DNA from: Deltaproteobacteria bacterium
GTDB lineage: Bacteria; Desulfobacterota; DSM-4660; Desulfatiglandales; HGW-15
NCBI GenBank assembly: GCA_019310485.1
Contig: JAFDEF010000001.1
Span: 13,289-77,288 of the forward strand
Length of the DNA: 64,000 nt
Direction: 5' to 3'
The first letter of the stretch is position 1; the number at the start of each line of letters is the position of its first letter. The translations under genes and the position numbers were made by a program. The notes beneath the pieces are model-generated. The model made no database searches. It saw only the letters and a program-made list of their open reading frames with translations, and was not told the DNA's origin. Positions 38,259 to 47,808 of the stretch are shown piece after piece.

Positions 38259-38843
38259 TTACTTGCTACCCGTCTGCTTCCCATAGAGATTAGGCAGAAA
38301 ATCAGCTAGCGTGCCCATCTCTTCGATACAATGCCGCATCAGCCCGGCACCTGCCATGTCGGGGGCCCCAAAAAGCCAGAATCGGCTTCGCATCGCACAT
38401 CCATAGTCGGTATCACGGACAAAATGGATGACCATCCCATTTGGGCTTTCATCAGGATTATATGCTTTTCCGCAAATAACAGCCCCCACATTAGCCTCTT
38501 CAAACCTCGAGATATCAAAAAACTCAGAAGGGTCGTGAAAACGGATCCTAACCTTTAAGACAGACCCTCCCATATTTTCTTCGATCGTGTGGCTAGCACC
38601 GATATAGTGCCCGGGCTTCCAGTGTTGGTCCCACTCCAGGGACATGTGGGCCTTCGGGTGCCACTTTTTGTAAGTTTCGGTGCCGTCAAGATATCCGAAC
38701 CACCAGTCAACCATTTTCCCCTTACAGCCGGGCATTCGGGTCAAAACCCTCACGTGCATTTGCCCATTAGGCAGACGGAAGTACCCGGTTTCTATGGATT
38801 GATAACCGCGGTCCAGGAGTTGATTTACTTCTTCAATTAGCAT
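38259..38843 (-). CDS. DAPG hydrolase / phloretin hydrolase-like protein (putative Zn-dependent C-C hydrolase)
   Basis: MVDWWFGYLDGTETYKKWHPKAH, GHYIGASHTIEE, RSRFWL and C-terminal RHCIEEMGTLADFLPNLY (HxxxE) match my recollection of the PhlG/Phy family. ATG 38843 (RBS AGAGGGA) is preferred over the TTG at 38909. Confidence 0.5.
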   Translation of the reverse strand: MLIEEVNQLLDRGYQSIETGYFRLPNGQMHVRVLTRMPGCKGKMVDWWFGYLDGTETYKKWHPKAHMSLEWDQHWKPGHYIGASHTIEENMGGSVLKVRIRFHDPSEFFDISRFEEANVGAVICGKAYNPDESPNGMVIHFVRDTDYGCAMRSRFWLFGAPDMAGAGLMRHCIEEMGTLADFLPNLYGKQTGSK

Positions 38844-38905
38844 TGTTTTCCCTCTTTCTGTTTTTATTGTGGATATTTTTCGGAACACGACCTTCACGTT
38901 CCGTT

Positions 38906-39880
38906 TCAAAATCCCTTCCTACAGTTTTCTCCAGTCTCACATAAGCCCCTGCCAACACGACTGATTATCTGGCGAATTCGACTTACAGAGCCAACGAGCC
39001 CGTAAGGGAAGTACATCACCACCAGAATGAACAGGAGCCCAAATATGATAAGATGCGCCTCTCCCAAAGTGAGAGCAAATATCTCTGAAAGGACCACCAG
39101 GAAAATACTGCCTATAACAGGACCAATTAATGTGCCGCTACCCCCGATGACGGCTGCCATGAGCGGCTCAAATGTCCAGATTGGGCTAAAAACCGCGGTA
39201 ACGTAATGAAATGAGAGCCGCATGAAAGCATAGACCCCTCCGCCCAAGCCAGCTAGGAACGCACTAATCAGTAAGGCGTAGACTTTATATTTAAAGCTAT
39301 TCACACCGGTAACCTGGGCTGCTTGCTCACTGTCCCGGACCGCAACCATCCCCAGTCCCAGCTTGGAGCGGGTTATGAAATACGTTACAGCTATTGCGGC
39401 AAACGCCACTGTCAAACCAAGGTAGTACCGGGGAATAAGGCTATAGCTGGCAGCATAGGACCCCGGCATTTCGATCATCCTCTCAAAAATATTGCCCACC
39501 ACTATCCTACACACCTCTGCCAATGCAAAGGTCCCAATAGCAAAGTAAGCGCCCTTCAGCCTCAGAGTCGGCAGACCTATAATCCCTGCTAAAACCACTG
39601 CTGATAGACCTCCCGCGATTACAGCAAGGTAAATCGGCATCTCAGCCTTCCACACAAAATGGGTAACCAGCACCCCACAACCAAAAAAAGCAGCAAGGCC
39701 CAGATTGATCTGCCCTGTATAGCCACCTATGATATTCCAACTTTGAGAAAGAATGACAAAAATAAACACCATAATGAGGAGGTTCAGGCTGCCCGTCCCG
39801 ATTTCTATAACCATAGGGGCTGCCATAAAGGCTAAAACTAACAACCCAATTACGAGAAGTCTCTTCCAATCAGGCAACAT
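38906..39880 (-). CDS. Branched-chain amino acid (HAAT) family ABC permease, LivM-type (set 1)
   Basis: Multi-TM protein with GYTGQINLGLAAFFGCG and LRLKGAYFAIGTFALAE. ATG 39880 is preferred over the track start 39982. Confidence 0.85.
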   Translation of the reverse strand: MLPDWKRLLVIGLLVLAFMAAPMVIEIGTGSLNLLIMVFIFVILSQSWNIIGGYTGQINLGLAAFFGCGVLVTHFVWKAEMPIYLAVIAGGLSAVVLAGIIGLPTLRLKGAYFAIGTFALAEVCRIVVGNIFERMIEMPGSYAASYSLIPRYYLGLTVAFAAIAVTYFITRSKLGLGMVAVRDSEQAAQVTGVNSFKYKVYALLISAFLAGLGGGVYAFMRLSFHYVTAVFSPIWTFEPLMAAVIGGSGTLIGPVIGSIFLVVLSEIFALTLGEAHLIIFGLLFILVVMYFPYGLVGSVSRIRQIISRVGRGLCETGENCRKGF

Positions 39881-39890
39881 GCCGGATCCC

Positions 39891-40769
39891 TTACTCCCTT
39901 TTCGCAAATAATCCCTGTGGCTTGAACATAAGGACCAATACAAACACGAGAAGAGCAATAGCCTGGCGATAGGGAACACCAAAAATCAGAACACTCCCCG
40001 CCTCCAGCAATCCATACACCAAACCGGCGGGAATAATGGCATTGATATTGCCTTCTCCGGCAAGTACCATGACCACGAAAGCTATTAGGAGCCACCCTAT
40101 TCCACCAGATGCACTGATGGAATAGCTCGAAACGATAACCGCGCCGGCCACGCCGGCCAGCGCTATCGCAATACCGGTGGAAATTAAATACACGCGTTGA
40201 ACATTAACTCCGCATAAGCTGGCCGCCTCGGCATCCTGTGTTGCCGCACGGAGATGTTTACCAAAGTAGGTTCTGCTGAGAACAGAATACAGAGCCAATC
40301 CTACCAGGACAGCTATGCCCACACCGCACAGACCGGTAAAACTGAATCTCGCTCCGAAAAACCTAAATGTCTCCCCTGTGTAAGAGGTAAGTATAGTTCG
40401 AACATTGGGGGTCCACAGCATGGTCATCGCGTTATCAAGCACCCAAATTAAACCAAAGGTAATCAACATAGAAGTATCAATCCGCATTCCAACGTCCGGT
40501 AATTTTAGCAACGGCGATAACGCCAACCTATAGAAGACCAAGCCAATTAAAAACATCGCAATCATTACCAGGGGTATTGAAAGGAAAGGATCTATACCCC
40601 ATAGATTGAAAAGCCAGAAGCTTAGATACCCACCAAGTATTATGAAGGTGCCATGAGCAATATTGAGAAATTTCATCACTCCCATGAGCAGGCCAAGCCC
40701 CAGCGCCACCAGCCCATAGAGTGCGCCCGCCAAAAGCCCATTGGCGATAGTCTGGAGCACAAACTCCAT
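39891..40769 (-). CDS. HAAT family ABC permease, LivH-type (set 1)
   Basis: 292 aa. MEFVLQTIANGLLAGALYGLVALGL...NIAHGTF, typical of LivH. Confidence 0.85.
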   Translation of the reverse strand: MEFVLQTIANGLLAGALYGLVALGLGLLMGVMKFLNIAHGTFIILGGYLSFWLFNLWGIDPFLSIPLVMIAMFLIGLVFYRLALSPLLKLPDVGMRIDTSMLITFGLIWVLDNAMTMLWTPNVRTILTSYTGETFRFFGARFSFTGLCGVGIAVLVGLALYSVLSRTYFGKHLRAATQDAEAASLCGVNVQRVYLISTGIAIALAGVAGAVIVSSYSISASGGIGWLLIAFVVMVLAGEGNINAIIPAGLVYGLLEAGSVLIFGVPYRQAIALLVFVLVLMFKPQGLFAKRE

Positions 40770-40772
40770 AAA

Positions 40773-41501
40773 CTACCCTGCCTTTTCCTCTGCGCCGATG
40801 CCCAAATATGTTTCTTTAATGCGAGGGTTGCATAACATTAACTTTGCATCGCCTTGGTCCACAATCCGCCCATTTTCCATGATATAGCCGCGACTAGCCA
40901 TAGACAAAGCCAATTCAATGTCCTGTTCGACGAGCAACACCGCTAATTTCCTCAACTTGTTTATGCCCTGAATAACTCCAGAGAGCTCTTGAACCACAAT
41001 AGGACTCAGGCCCAAAGACATCTCATCAATCAAGAGCACTTTGGGCACTGACATAAGCGCCCTACCTATAGCTAACATCTGCTGCTCTCCACCGCTAAGT
41101 GTACCTGCTTTTTGTTTGGCTCGCAGCTTTAGGGGAGTGAAAAACTCGTATATCCACTCGAGTGTGTTTTGCCTGGTCTTGCGTGCGGCATTAGTGGAAG
41201 CGCCCACTTCCAGGTTCTCCAAGACGCTCATCTGTGGAAATATTCTCCTACCTTCGGGAACCATGGAAATCCCTAGCTCCACAATGTGGTGCGCGGGTAA
41301 ACCATCAAGGCGTATGTTGCCAAAATCAATGTGCCCGGCTCGAACTTTGAGCAACCCGGAGATGCTTTTCATGACAGTGCTTTTGCCCGCACCATTAGAA
41401 CCAAGAACCGCCACTATTTCACCGTCCCCAATCCTCAGCGAGACATCCCATAGCGCCTGAATGTCGCCATAATAGACATCTATATTACTAATTTGTAGCA
41501 T
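40773..41501 (-). CDS. HAAT family ABC ATPase, LivF-type (set 1)
   Basis: 242 aa. Walker A GSNGAGKST, signature LSGGEQQMLAIGRAL and Walker B LLIDEMS. Confidence 0.9.
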   Translation of the reverse strand: MLQISNIDVYYGDIQALWDVSLRIGDGEIVAVLGSNGAGKSTVMKSISGLLKVRAGHIDFGNIRLDGLPAHHIVELGISMVPEGRRIFPQMSVLENLEVGASTNAARKTRQNTLEWIYEFFTPLKLRAKQKAGTLSGGEQQMLAIGRALMSVPKVLLIDEMSLGLSPIVVQELSGVIQGINKLRKLAVLLVEQDIELALSMASRGYIMENGRIVDQGDAKLMLCNPRIKETYLGIGAEEKAG

Positions 41502-42225
41502 ATGGCTTCTTACCTAAATATGCCCTGATAACCTCGGGATTGTTTACAATTTCCTCTGGAGCACCATCAGCAATTTTCCGGCCAACTTCTAATACCACCA
41601 CCCTGTCCGAGATCCCCATTATAACTTTCATTACGTGCTCAACGACTATCAGACTTATCCCGGAATCTCTAATTGCCTTTACCAACGCTATGGCGTTGTC
41701 CAGCTCCGCTGGATTCAAACCTGCCATCATCTCATCCAGTAATAACAATTTGGGCCTTGTCGCTAGCGCCCGCGCAATTTCCAGCCGTTTGCGGTCCACC
41801 AGACTAAGCATTCCTGCCATCCCTGAGTGCTTATCCCCCAGACCGGTGAAAGCCAAAAGCTGTTTTGACTCTATGCGTGATTGCTTTATGTTCCGAGCTG
41901 GCTGGCTACCATGGGCCCTGCCCACCATCACATTTTCGAGTGGAGTTAGCCGACTAAAGGGCTTAACTAGCTGAAAAGTTCTGGCTATGCCGCTCTGGCA
42001 TATCTTGTAAGAAGCCATTCCGGTGATATCCTTATTATCAAACCTTATTCTACCGGTATCAGGTTTTAGAACTCCTGTTATTGTATCAAACAAAGTGCTT
42101 TTACCTGAACCGTTGGGACCAATAAGTCCCAGTACCTCTCCCTGGTCAAGGCTAAAGCTTAGCCTATTGATAGCCAGGACACCACCAAAAGCCTTTGATA
42201 GGTTCTCAACCTCAAGTAGTTTCAT
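41488..42225 (-). CDS. HAAT family ABC ATPase, LivG-type (set 1)
   Basis: 245 aa. Walker A GPNGSGKST and Walker B LLLLDEMMAGLNP. Confidence 0.9.
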   Translation of the reverse strand: MKLLEVENLSKAFGGVLAINRLSFSLDQGEVLGLIGPNGSGKSTLFDTITGVLKPDTGRIRFDNKDITGMASYKICQSGIARTFQLVKPFSRLTPLENVMVGRAHGSQPARNIKQSRIESKQLLAFTGLGDKHSGMAGMLSLVDRKRLEIARALATRPKLLLLDEMMAGLNPAELDNAIALVKAIRDSGISLIVVEHVMKVIMGISDRVVVLEVGRKIADGAPEEIVNNPEVIRAYLGKKPYATN

Positions 42226-42335
42226 GTTTTGCCTACGCTTTGTGGTTGGGCTTCATTTTCTGCTCTGAAGCTTGGTCCAGGTCAACTCAGCTTAATCTAA
42301 TCGGCACCATAGAGTATTCGCATCTAATTTCCACA

Positions 42336-43541
42336 CTACCTTGGAATGGGATATACTAATTTCTTTGTTTTCATATCATTGGGCCACACCATCTCCATTA
42401 CTCCTTTCTGCCATTGAGTAACCACCGGAGGGGCATCAATTCGCCGGCCTTTGTTGTTGAATTTGATCCGGCCAAAAACGGTCATCGTGTCAATGCCAGC
42501 AATGGCATCCCTGATCTTACTTCTCTCCAACGTGCCAGCTTTTTCTATAGCGGCTGCTGCTATCTGAATCGAGGCGTACGCGTTTCCTACAACGATGTGA
42601 GTTCTTTTCCCAAACTTTGCTTTGTATTCAGCGTTAAGCTCTTTAACCCCGGGGCAGCTTAATGCGGGATGCCAGTCGGGACATCCTATTACGTAATCGC
42701 CCATTGGACCTGTCATCTTTGCCCAGGCTGGATCATCAGAGCCCCTTATCATTATGATACCCTTTGGATTGTAACCAAGCTCCCTCATTTGTCTAAGCAT
42801 CATAATACAATCAGGAGGGACAGGGGCAGAAAAGATCACCTCGGCACCGGCTTTTTTTGCTGCAAAGATGAGTGGGCTCATGTCCCGAGCCAGCATCGGA
42901 TACTTACTGTGAGATACAAATGTAACACCATTGGCAGGCGCCTTCTTTCTAGCAAGATTGAACAATTCCGCAATCCAGTCGCTCTGCTCTTCCCAAACAG
43001 CCCACCTGCTTGGCCTTTGGTCTTTGGGGATATTTGCGAAAGCTGCAAATATTGCATCCACGATCCCATCGTTCATCTTGCTGATACCAAAGTAGTATTT
43101 AAAGCCCCTTTCAAAAAGCCCAACATTTGTTACTAAAGAGGTTATGGCAGGCAACTTATTCTTTTCAAAGATATCAGAAGTTGCGCTCATCAAGGTGGTA
43201 CCACAAACAACAGATGCTTTTCGTTGATTCAGTACTTCTGCACGGGCAACAGCCTTCTCCGGGTTTGTTTCCATGTCCATGATCAAAAGTTCAAGAGGTA
43301 TTTTTTTACCATATTCCTTGACATAGACGCCACCACCCTTGTTTATTTTTTCCACCGCCATTTCGTAGCCAATTTCCGCTGGCTTTCCTATCATGGCATC
43401 TGGCCCAGTAAAGGAAACCAAAATACCAATCTTAATGGTTTTGGGTACCTCCGCTTGAGCATAAGCGGGCACAAAAGACAACATGGTCAGCACGACTATC
43501 ACAAGAATACCAACCGACATTATTAGCAGTCTTCTTTTCAT
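42336..43541 (-). CDS. Periplasmic substrate-binding protein, LivK/Peripla_BP_6 type (set 1)
   Basis: 401 aa. Signal peptide MKRRLLIMSVGILVIVVLTMLSFVPAYAQA, then IKIGILVSFTGPDAMIG. Confidence 0.85.
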   Translation of the reverse strand: MKRRLLIMSVGILVIVVLTMLSFVPAYAQAEVPKTIKIGILVSFTGPDAMIGKPAEIGYEMAVEKINKGGGVYVKEYGKKIPLELLIMDMETNPEKAVARAEVLNQRKASVVCGTTLMSATSDIFEKNKLPAITSLVTNVGLFERGFKYYFGISKMNDGIVDAIFAAFANIPKDQRPSRWAVWEEQSDWIAELFNLARKKAPANGVTFVSHSKYPMLARDMSPLIFAAKKAGAEVIFSAPVPPDCIMMLRQMRELGYNPKGIIMIRGSDDPAWAKMTGPMGDYVIGCPDWHPALSCPGVKELNAEYKAKFGKRTHIVVGNAYASIQIAAAAIEKAGTLERSKIRDAIAGIDTMTVFGRIKFNNKGRRIDAPPVVTQWQKGVMEMVWPNDMKTKKLVYPIPR

Positions 43542-43849
43542 TACTTTACCTCCTCCCCGCGATAAGATCGCTCGATAATAGATTTCTCTAATTGCAGACT
43601 CAGCCTTTCTATGCCTTTTGAATTATCACCCCCAATCTTCAGTCAATATTCTGCGGTTTAAAATTGAGTTTGAAATTACCTACCCTCTCCTTTTGTTCAT
43701 GGGAGATGGGCCTCTTCTTTATAAATTTCTTTGGCAATCAGCGGCCATAATCTTAATAACAAGGTAAACTATATGACAAGCTTGTTTTTTAATAGCAAAC
43801 TATCAGGAAGAAACTATACATTATTGGCTTACATAATGCCGAAGAACGG

Positions 43850-45184
43850 CTATTGTGAAATGTGTTGCAAGTATGATCTGAGGTTTATGTTTCTCTTGTT
43901 TAGCCCAACCTTCTTCCTTATATTGAAACGGTGAAACCTGATGGCATTCTCGGAGATGCACATAACGTCAGCGATCTCTTTACTACTCATGCCGTCCCTT
44001 ACCATCCCGGCGATCTCAAGTTCTCTGGGTGTCAACCCGATGCTTGTGGAGGATAATTTGGTCGTGAATTGAGATGTGATCTGAGCTAGGTTTGACTCCA
44101 AGATTTCCAAAAGAGTCTTTTGCTCATCGCTCAACTGCCCATGTTTGAGTCTGTTCAAATAGGGAAAGACTAGTTTTCTTACGTTGCTCAGTATGTTTTC
44201 CTCCAGCTTCACCTTTTCGGCCTCTCGATGATCAAGCAACACCTTAAGCGCCGTGTTGACCTCCCTCAGCCTCTCAGCCTGTTGCCTCAAAGCCTTTTCC
44301 TTTTCCGACAGAGCGGTTTCAGCGAGCTTGAATTCCGTGATGTCCTTTAAAGTACCGAAAACCCGGATAGGTTTACCGGAAGAATCTTTAATAATTCTTG
44401 TTTGGCAGTAGGCGTAACGCTTGGCCCCATCTTTTCTATAAAAACAAAATTCATAATTGCCGCTTCGGCCACCTGCATATGTGTTCTGCAAAAAATCCCT
44501 GAAAAGCCCTCTATGTTCAGGATCAATAATATTGTTCAAGAACCGATTGGTGAGAGTAACTTCTCCGGGTTCATAGCCAAAAATGCGGTACAGCCCATCT
44601 GATGGATAGATTCTCCCACTCTTGAGATCTCTTTCCCAGCTCCCCATTTGGGCAAGATCCTGCGCTTCATTGAGACGCACTTGGCTGAGTCGCAGCTCCT
44701 CCTCTATCCTTTTACGATCAGTAATATCTCTACCGATAGTTTGAATGAATGTTTGGCCCCCTATATTAATAGCGTTTATGTTTACCCAATAATTTCGAAC
44801 TTCGCCGCTCTTTGTTTTGAGCATTGTTTCGATGGTCTGCGGCCCATTTTCAATAATATTCTTACAGCGTTGCACTATCTCCTCAGCCGAATCCTGGGCC
44901 TCAAGCTCAGCTATTGTCATACTCAGTATCTCTTTTCGAGTATAACCCATATCATCACAAACGCGTCGATTGAAAGCCACCGGTTTGAGTGTCTTCGGAT
45001 TAAACACCATAATATTGTCTGCCGCCTGCTGGAATAGAGCTCGATAGCGCTGTTCTGTCTCCCTCAATGCCTCTTCGAGTTGTTCTTTTTCAGCTAGCAA
45101 TGCCTCCAATCGAGCAATCTTCTTCCTGGCTTCAGTCAAATTTTCTATCAATTGGAGCTCCGTTTTAGACCTCTCCTCGGCCAC
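43850..45184 (-). CDS. PAS-PAS-LuxR(GerE) one-component transcriptional regulator
   Basis: 444 aa. N-terminal coiled-coil, two PAS-like blocks separated by coiled linkers, and C-terminal HTH LTPRELEIAGMVRDGMSSKEIADVMCISENAIRFHRFNIRKKVGL. Confidence 0.8.
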   Translation of the reverse strand: MAEERSKTELQLIENLTEARKKIARLEALLAEKEQLEEALRETEQRYRALFQQAADNIMVFNPKTLKPVAFNRRVCDDMGYTRKEILSMTIAELEAQDSAEEIVQRCKNIIENGPQTIETMLKTKSGEVRNYWVNINAINIGGQTFIQTIGRDITDRKRIEEELRLSQVRLNEAQDLAQMGSWERDLKSGRIYPSDGLYRIFGYEPGEVTLTNRFLNNIIDPEHRGLFRDFLQNTYAGGRSGNYEFCFYRKDGAKRYAYCQTRIIKDSSGKPIRVFGTLKDITEFKLAETALSEKEKALRQQAERLREVNTALKVLLDHREAEKVKLEENILSNVRKLVFPYLNRLKHGQLSDEQKTLLEILESNLAQITSQFTTKLSSTSIGLTPRELEIAGMVRDGMSSKEIADVMCISENAIRFHRFNIRKKVGLNKRNINLRSYLQHISQ

Positions 45185-45324
45185 GGTAAACTCGTGATTT
45201 TACTAGGTTCAACTTTTTTTATCTCGTCAAGCAGGTAATAATTCTTCAAATTGCACTCAAGGTCATAGGGGCCATTTCAGTCTCGAGGAACCGCATTTCC
45301 GCTCGCACGCCGCAAGCTCCCTTG

Positions 45325-45400
45325 CCGGGCTGATTTTCCGGCAGGGAAAAATCAGCCCGGGCGTAACTTCCCCTTGGGGCTCTATAATGAGTAGAGCCCC
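45325..45400 (-). terminator. Two tandem GC-rich hairpins downstream of the set-2 binding-protein gene
   Basis: ccgggctgattttcc-ggcag-ggaaaaatcagcccgg (45325-45360) and ggggctcta-taatgag-tagagcccc (45376-45400). They start 12 nt after the stop at 45412. There is no clear U-tract. Confidence 0.4.
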
Positions 45401-45411
45401 CGGAGAGCTTG

Positions 45412-46668
45412 CTACTTGCGCTTGTAGAGGTGGCGACATGGCCAGCTGCCTAGCTTTACTACCTTACCGTTCTGCACCTGGTCCACGCGGACCTTATCAA
45501 TGCCTTCAATATCACCTTTGCCATAGGTTAGTGGTGTGCTTGTCATACCGCCTGTCTCAAGGCCTTTAATCCGGTAGAAACCGTTTTCCAGTACTGCGCG
45601 CGGCGTGAGCTTTTCAAAAGGAACTTTTTGCATGGCAAGCCTTAATGCCTCTGTTTGGGTCATAGCCTCGATTATGCCCGCTTCGTACATAATGTGGGTT
45701 ACTTGCTTGCCGGGATGATACTTATTCTGCAGGTCATTGCAGAATTTAATGCCGGGGATGGATAGCTGATCCATCGGGGGAAAGCTGCCGGCGCATACAT
45801 AACCGTCGCCCAGCTTGCCCATGGCAGCAGCGAACACCGCAGTGTGACCGGGTGCAGGCACGCCAAAAACTATTTTGTAAGGTTGGTTCGGTCCCATCCC
45901 CAGCCTAACCATCTCCTTTACCGTGGGCTGTGAGCCCGGGTTGATCATAACCCCAAGCGCCAGATCAACCTTTTTCTTCTTAAGCCACATGAGCTGGGTG
46001 GTTGGTGGGGAGGTGGGCACGAGGGGAACAAACTGGGTGCCAACAAATTCATATCCCACTTTCTTAAGGTAATTGGTAAGCTCCGGTACCACAATCGACC
46101 TCCCCATTGCATTGTCCGCGGTGAGGTATGCAACCCTTGGTTTTCTTTTTTCCTTCCAGTTCTCCATGAACCAGTCTGCAACGGCTGCCAGGGAATCGGT
46201 ATAAATAGGGTAATAAGTGAAGACACTTTGTGGTGGCGTCAGCAAATACGGCCCGGTAGCCATGCTCGGGGCACCAAAGCCATCCTCAAATAGCCTGTCC
46301 TTAAGTGCCAGCGCCTGGGGGGAACCAGAGCACCTGAAAACAAGCATCCCCTTGGCTTTAAGCTCCTCGTAGATAGATAAAGCCTTGGGTGGCTTGAGCT
46401 CATCATCCCGCCACAGCAGTTCCAGGCTTATATCCGATGGAAATTTCTCATTGCGCCATGGGGCCAGGTTCTTTGTCTCATTCACATATTTGACATAGTC
46501 CTGGTAGCCGGCGAGCACTGCCGCCGTGTCCTCTGCGTAGGCGCCGGTTAAAGCCATAGTGCCGCCGACATATAGGGTTTTTGCGTAAGAACTGCGGACA
46601 GTGAATAATGATAAGGCTACCACCGCAATGACCAGACAAGCTATTAGCGCTAATTTGTTTCTAGCCAT
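45412..46668 (-). CDS. Periplasmic substrate-binding protein, LivK/Peripla_BP_6 type (set 2)
   Basis: 418 aa. Signal peptide MARNKLALIACLVIAVVALSLFTVRSSYA, then TLYVGGTMALTGAYA. Confidence 0.85.
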   Translation of the reverse strand: MARNKLALIACLVIAVVALSLFTVRSSYAKTLYVGGTMALTGAYAEDTAAVLAGYQDYVKYVNETKNLAPWRNEKFPSDISLELLWRDDELKPPKALSIYEELKAKGMLVFRCSGSPQALALKDRLFEDGFGAPSMATGPYLLTPPQSVFTYYPIYTDSLAAVADWFMENWKEKRKPRVAYLTADNAMGRSIVVPELTNYLKKVGYEFVGTQFVPLVPTSPPTTQLMWLKKKKVDLALGVMINPGSQPTVKEMVRLGMGPNQPYKIVFGVPAPGHTAVFAAAMGKLGDGYVCAGSFPPMDQLSIPGIKFCNDLQNKYHPGKQVTHIMYEAGIIEAMTQTEALRLAMQKVPFEKLTPRAVLENGFYRIKGLETGGMTSTPLTYGKGDIEGIDKVRVDQVQNGKVVKLGSWPCRHLYKRK

Positions 46669-46749
46669 CTTTCATATCCTCCTTTCTGCTTTGTAATTTG
46701 GTTCATACCATACGAAAAACACACTTTTCTTGCACCTGATCACCTCCCT

Positions 46750-47805
46750 TCACTCTCGTTCTTCATGGGAGAAAGGCCATAGCCTGAAATAAGCTCCGAC
46801 AAGCTCCCACCGGTGAGCCAAACCCCTGGGTTCAAAGATAAGGAAGATAATAATCACTAACCCGTGCGCGATCAGGCCCATGGAAGCGGCCGCCTGGGGA
46901 GCAACAATCGCTGACAATCCCGGGCCAACAACCGTGACCAGCTCATCCAGCAACTTGAGAGCAATAGCCCCGAAAAGAGCACCAAGGGTGCTGCCCATAC
47001 CGCCGACGATTAACATACCCAGATACCACACCGAATCCATGAAGGGGAACAGATCCACAGAGGCAAATGCATAATAGTGAACCAACAGCACGCCCGCTAC
47101 CCCCGCATAAACGCAGCCTATAAAAAATGCCTGAAGTTTATAACTCCACAGATTAATTCCCATGACTTCAGCGGCCAGGTCATTATCCCTGATCGCCACG
47201 AATGCCCTGCCTGCCCTTGTCCTCACTATATTCTGAGCCGTGTATGTGGCGAGGCAAGCAAATGCCATGACAAGGCAGAAATAGCTGCCTTTTGACTTCA
47301 CTGTGAACCCCGCTATCTCAGGTCTGGACACCGCTAATCCATCCCCGCCCCCGGTCAGGCCGTATAGCTGGAGGATAAGCCACACAATTATGAAGTGAGC
47401 CGCTATGGTAGCCATAATCAGGTAGAAACCCTTAATCTTTAATGACGGCAGACCGAAGATCAAACCCGCCACCCCGGCCCCTAGGGCGCCGCAAGGCAGG
47501 GTAGCCCAGAATGGCCAGCCAAGCTTGGCGCTTAAGATAGCCGAAGTATAGCCGCCGACTGCCATGAACCCGGCATGGCCAATGGAAATCTGTCCGCAGT
47601 ACCCCGTTAAGATGTTCAAACCGTGGACACTGATAACCGCGATACCGATCATGGTCATTACGGTAAGGGCCCTATCACTGAGAAAAAGAGGACAAGAGAA
47701 AAGGAGAAGGAGAAAAATAAAGAGCATCGCCCATTGCAGCCGGGTTCGGATAATGGCCATATCCTGAGCATAGTTTTCAAGAAAGGTACCACGCTGTCGA
47801 CCCAC
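46750..47805 (-). CDS. HAAT family ABC permease, LivM-type (set 2)
   Basis: 351 aa. Motifs GYCGQISIGHAGFMAVGGY and LKIKGFYLIMATIAAHF. Confidence 0.85.
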   Translation of the reverse strand: MGRQRGTFLENYAQDMAIIRTRLQWAMLFIFLLLLFSCPLFLSDRALTVMTMIGIAVISVHGLNILTGYCGQISIGHAGFMAVGGYTSAILSAKLGWPFWATLPCGALGAGVAGLIFGLPSLKIKGFYLIMATIAAHFIIVWLILQLYGLTGGGDGLAVSRPEIAGFTVKSKGSYFCLVMAFACLATYTAQNIVRTRAGRAFVAIRDNDLAAEVMGINLWSYKLQAFFIGCVYAGVAGVLLVHYYAFASVDLFPFMDSVWYLGMLIVGGMGSTLGALFGAIALKLLDELVTVVGPGLSAIVAPQAAASMGLIAHGLVIIIFLIFEPRGLAHRWELVGAYFRLWPFSHEERE

Positions 47806-47808
47806 AGG

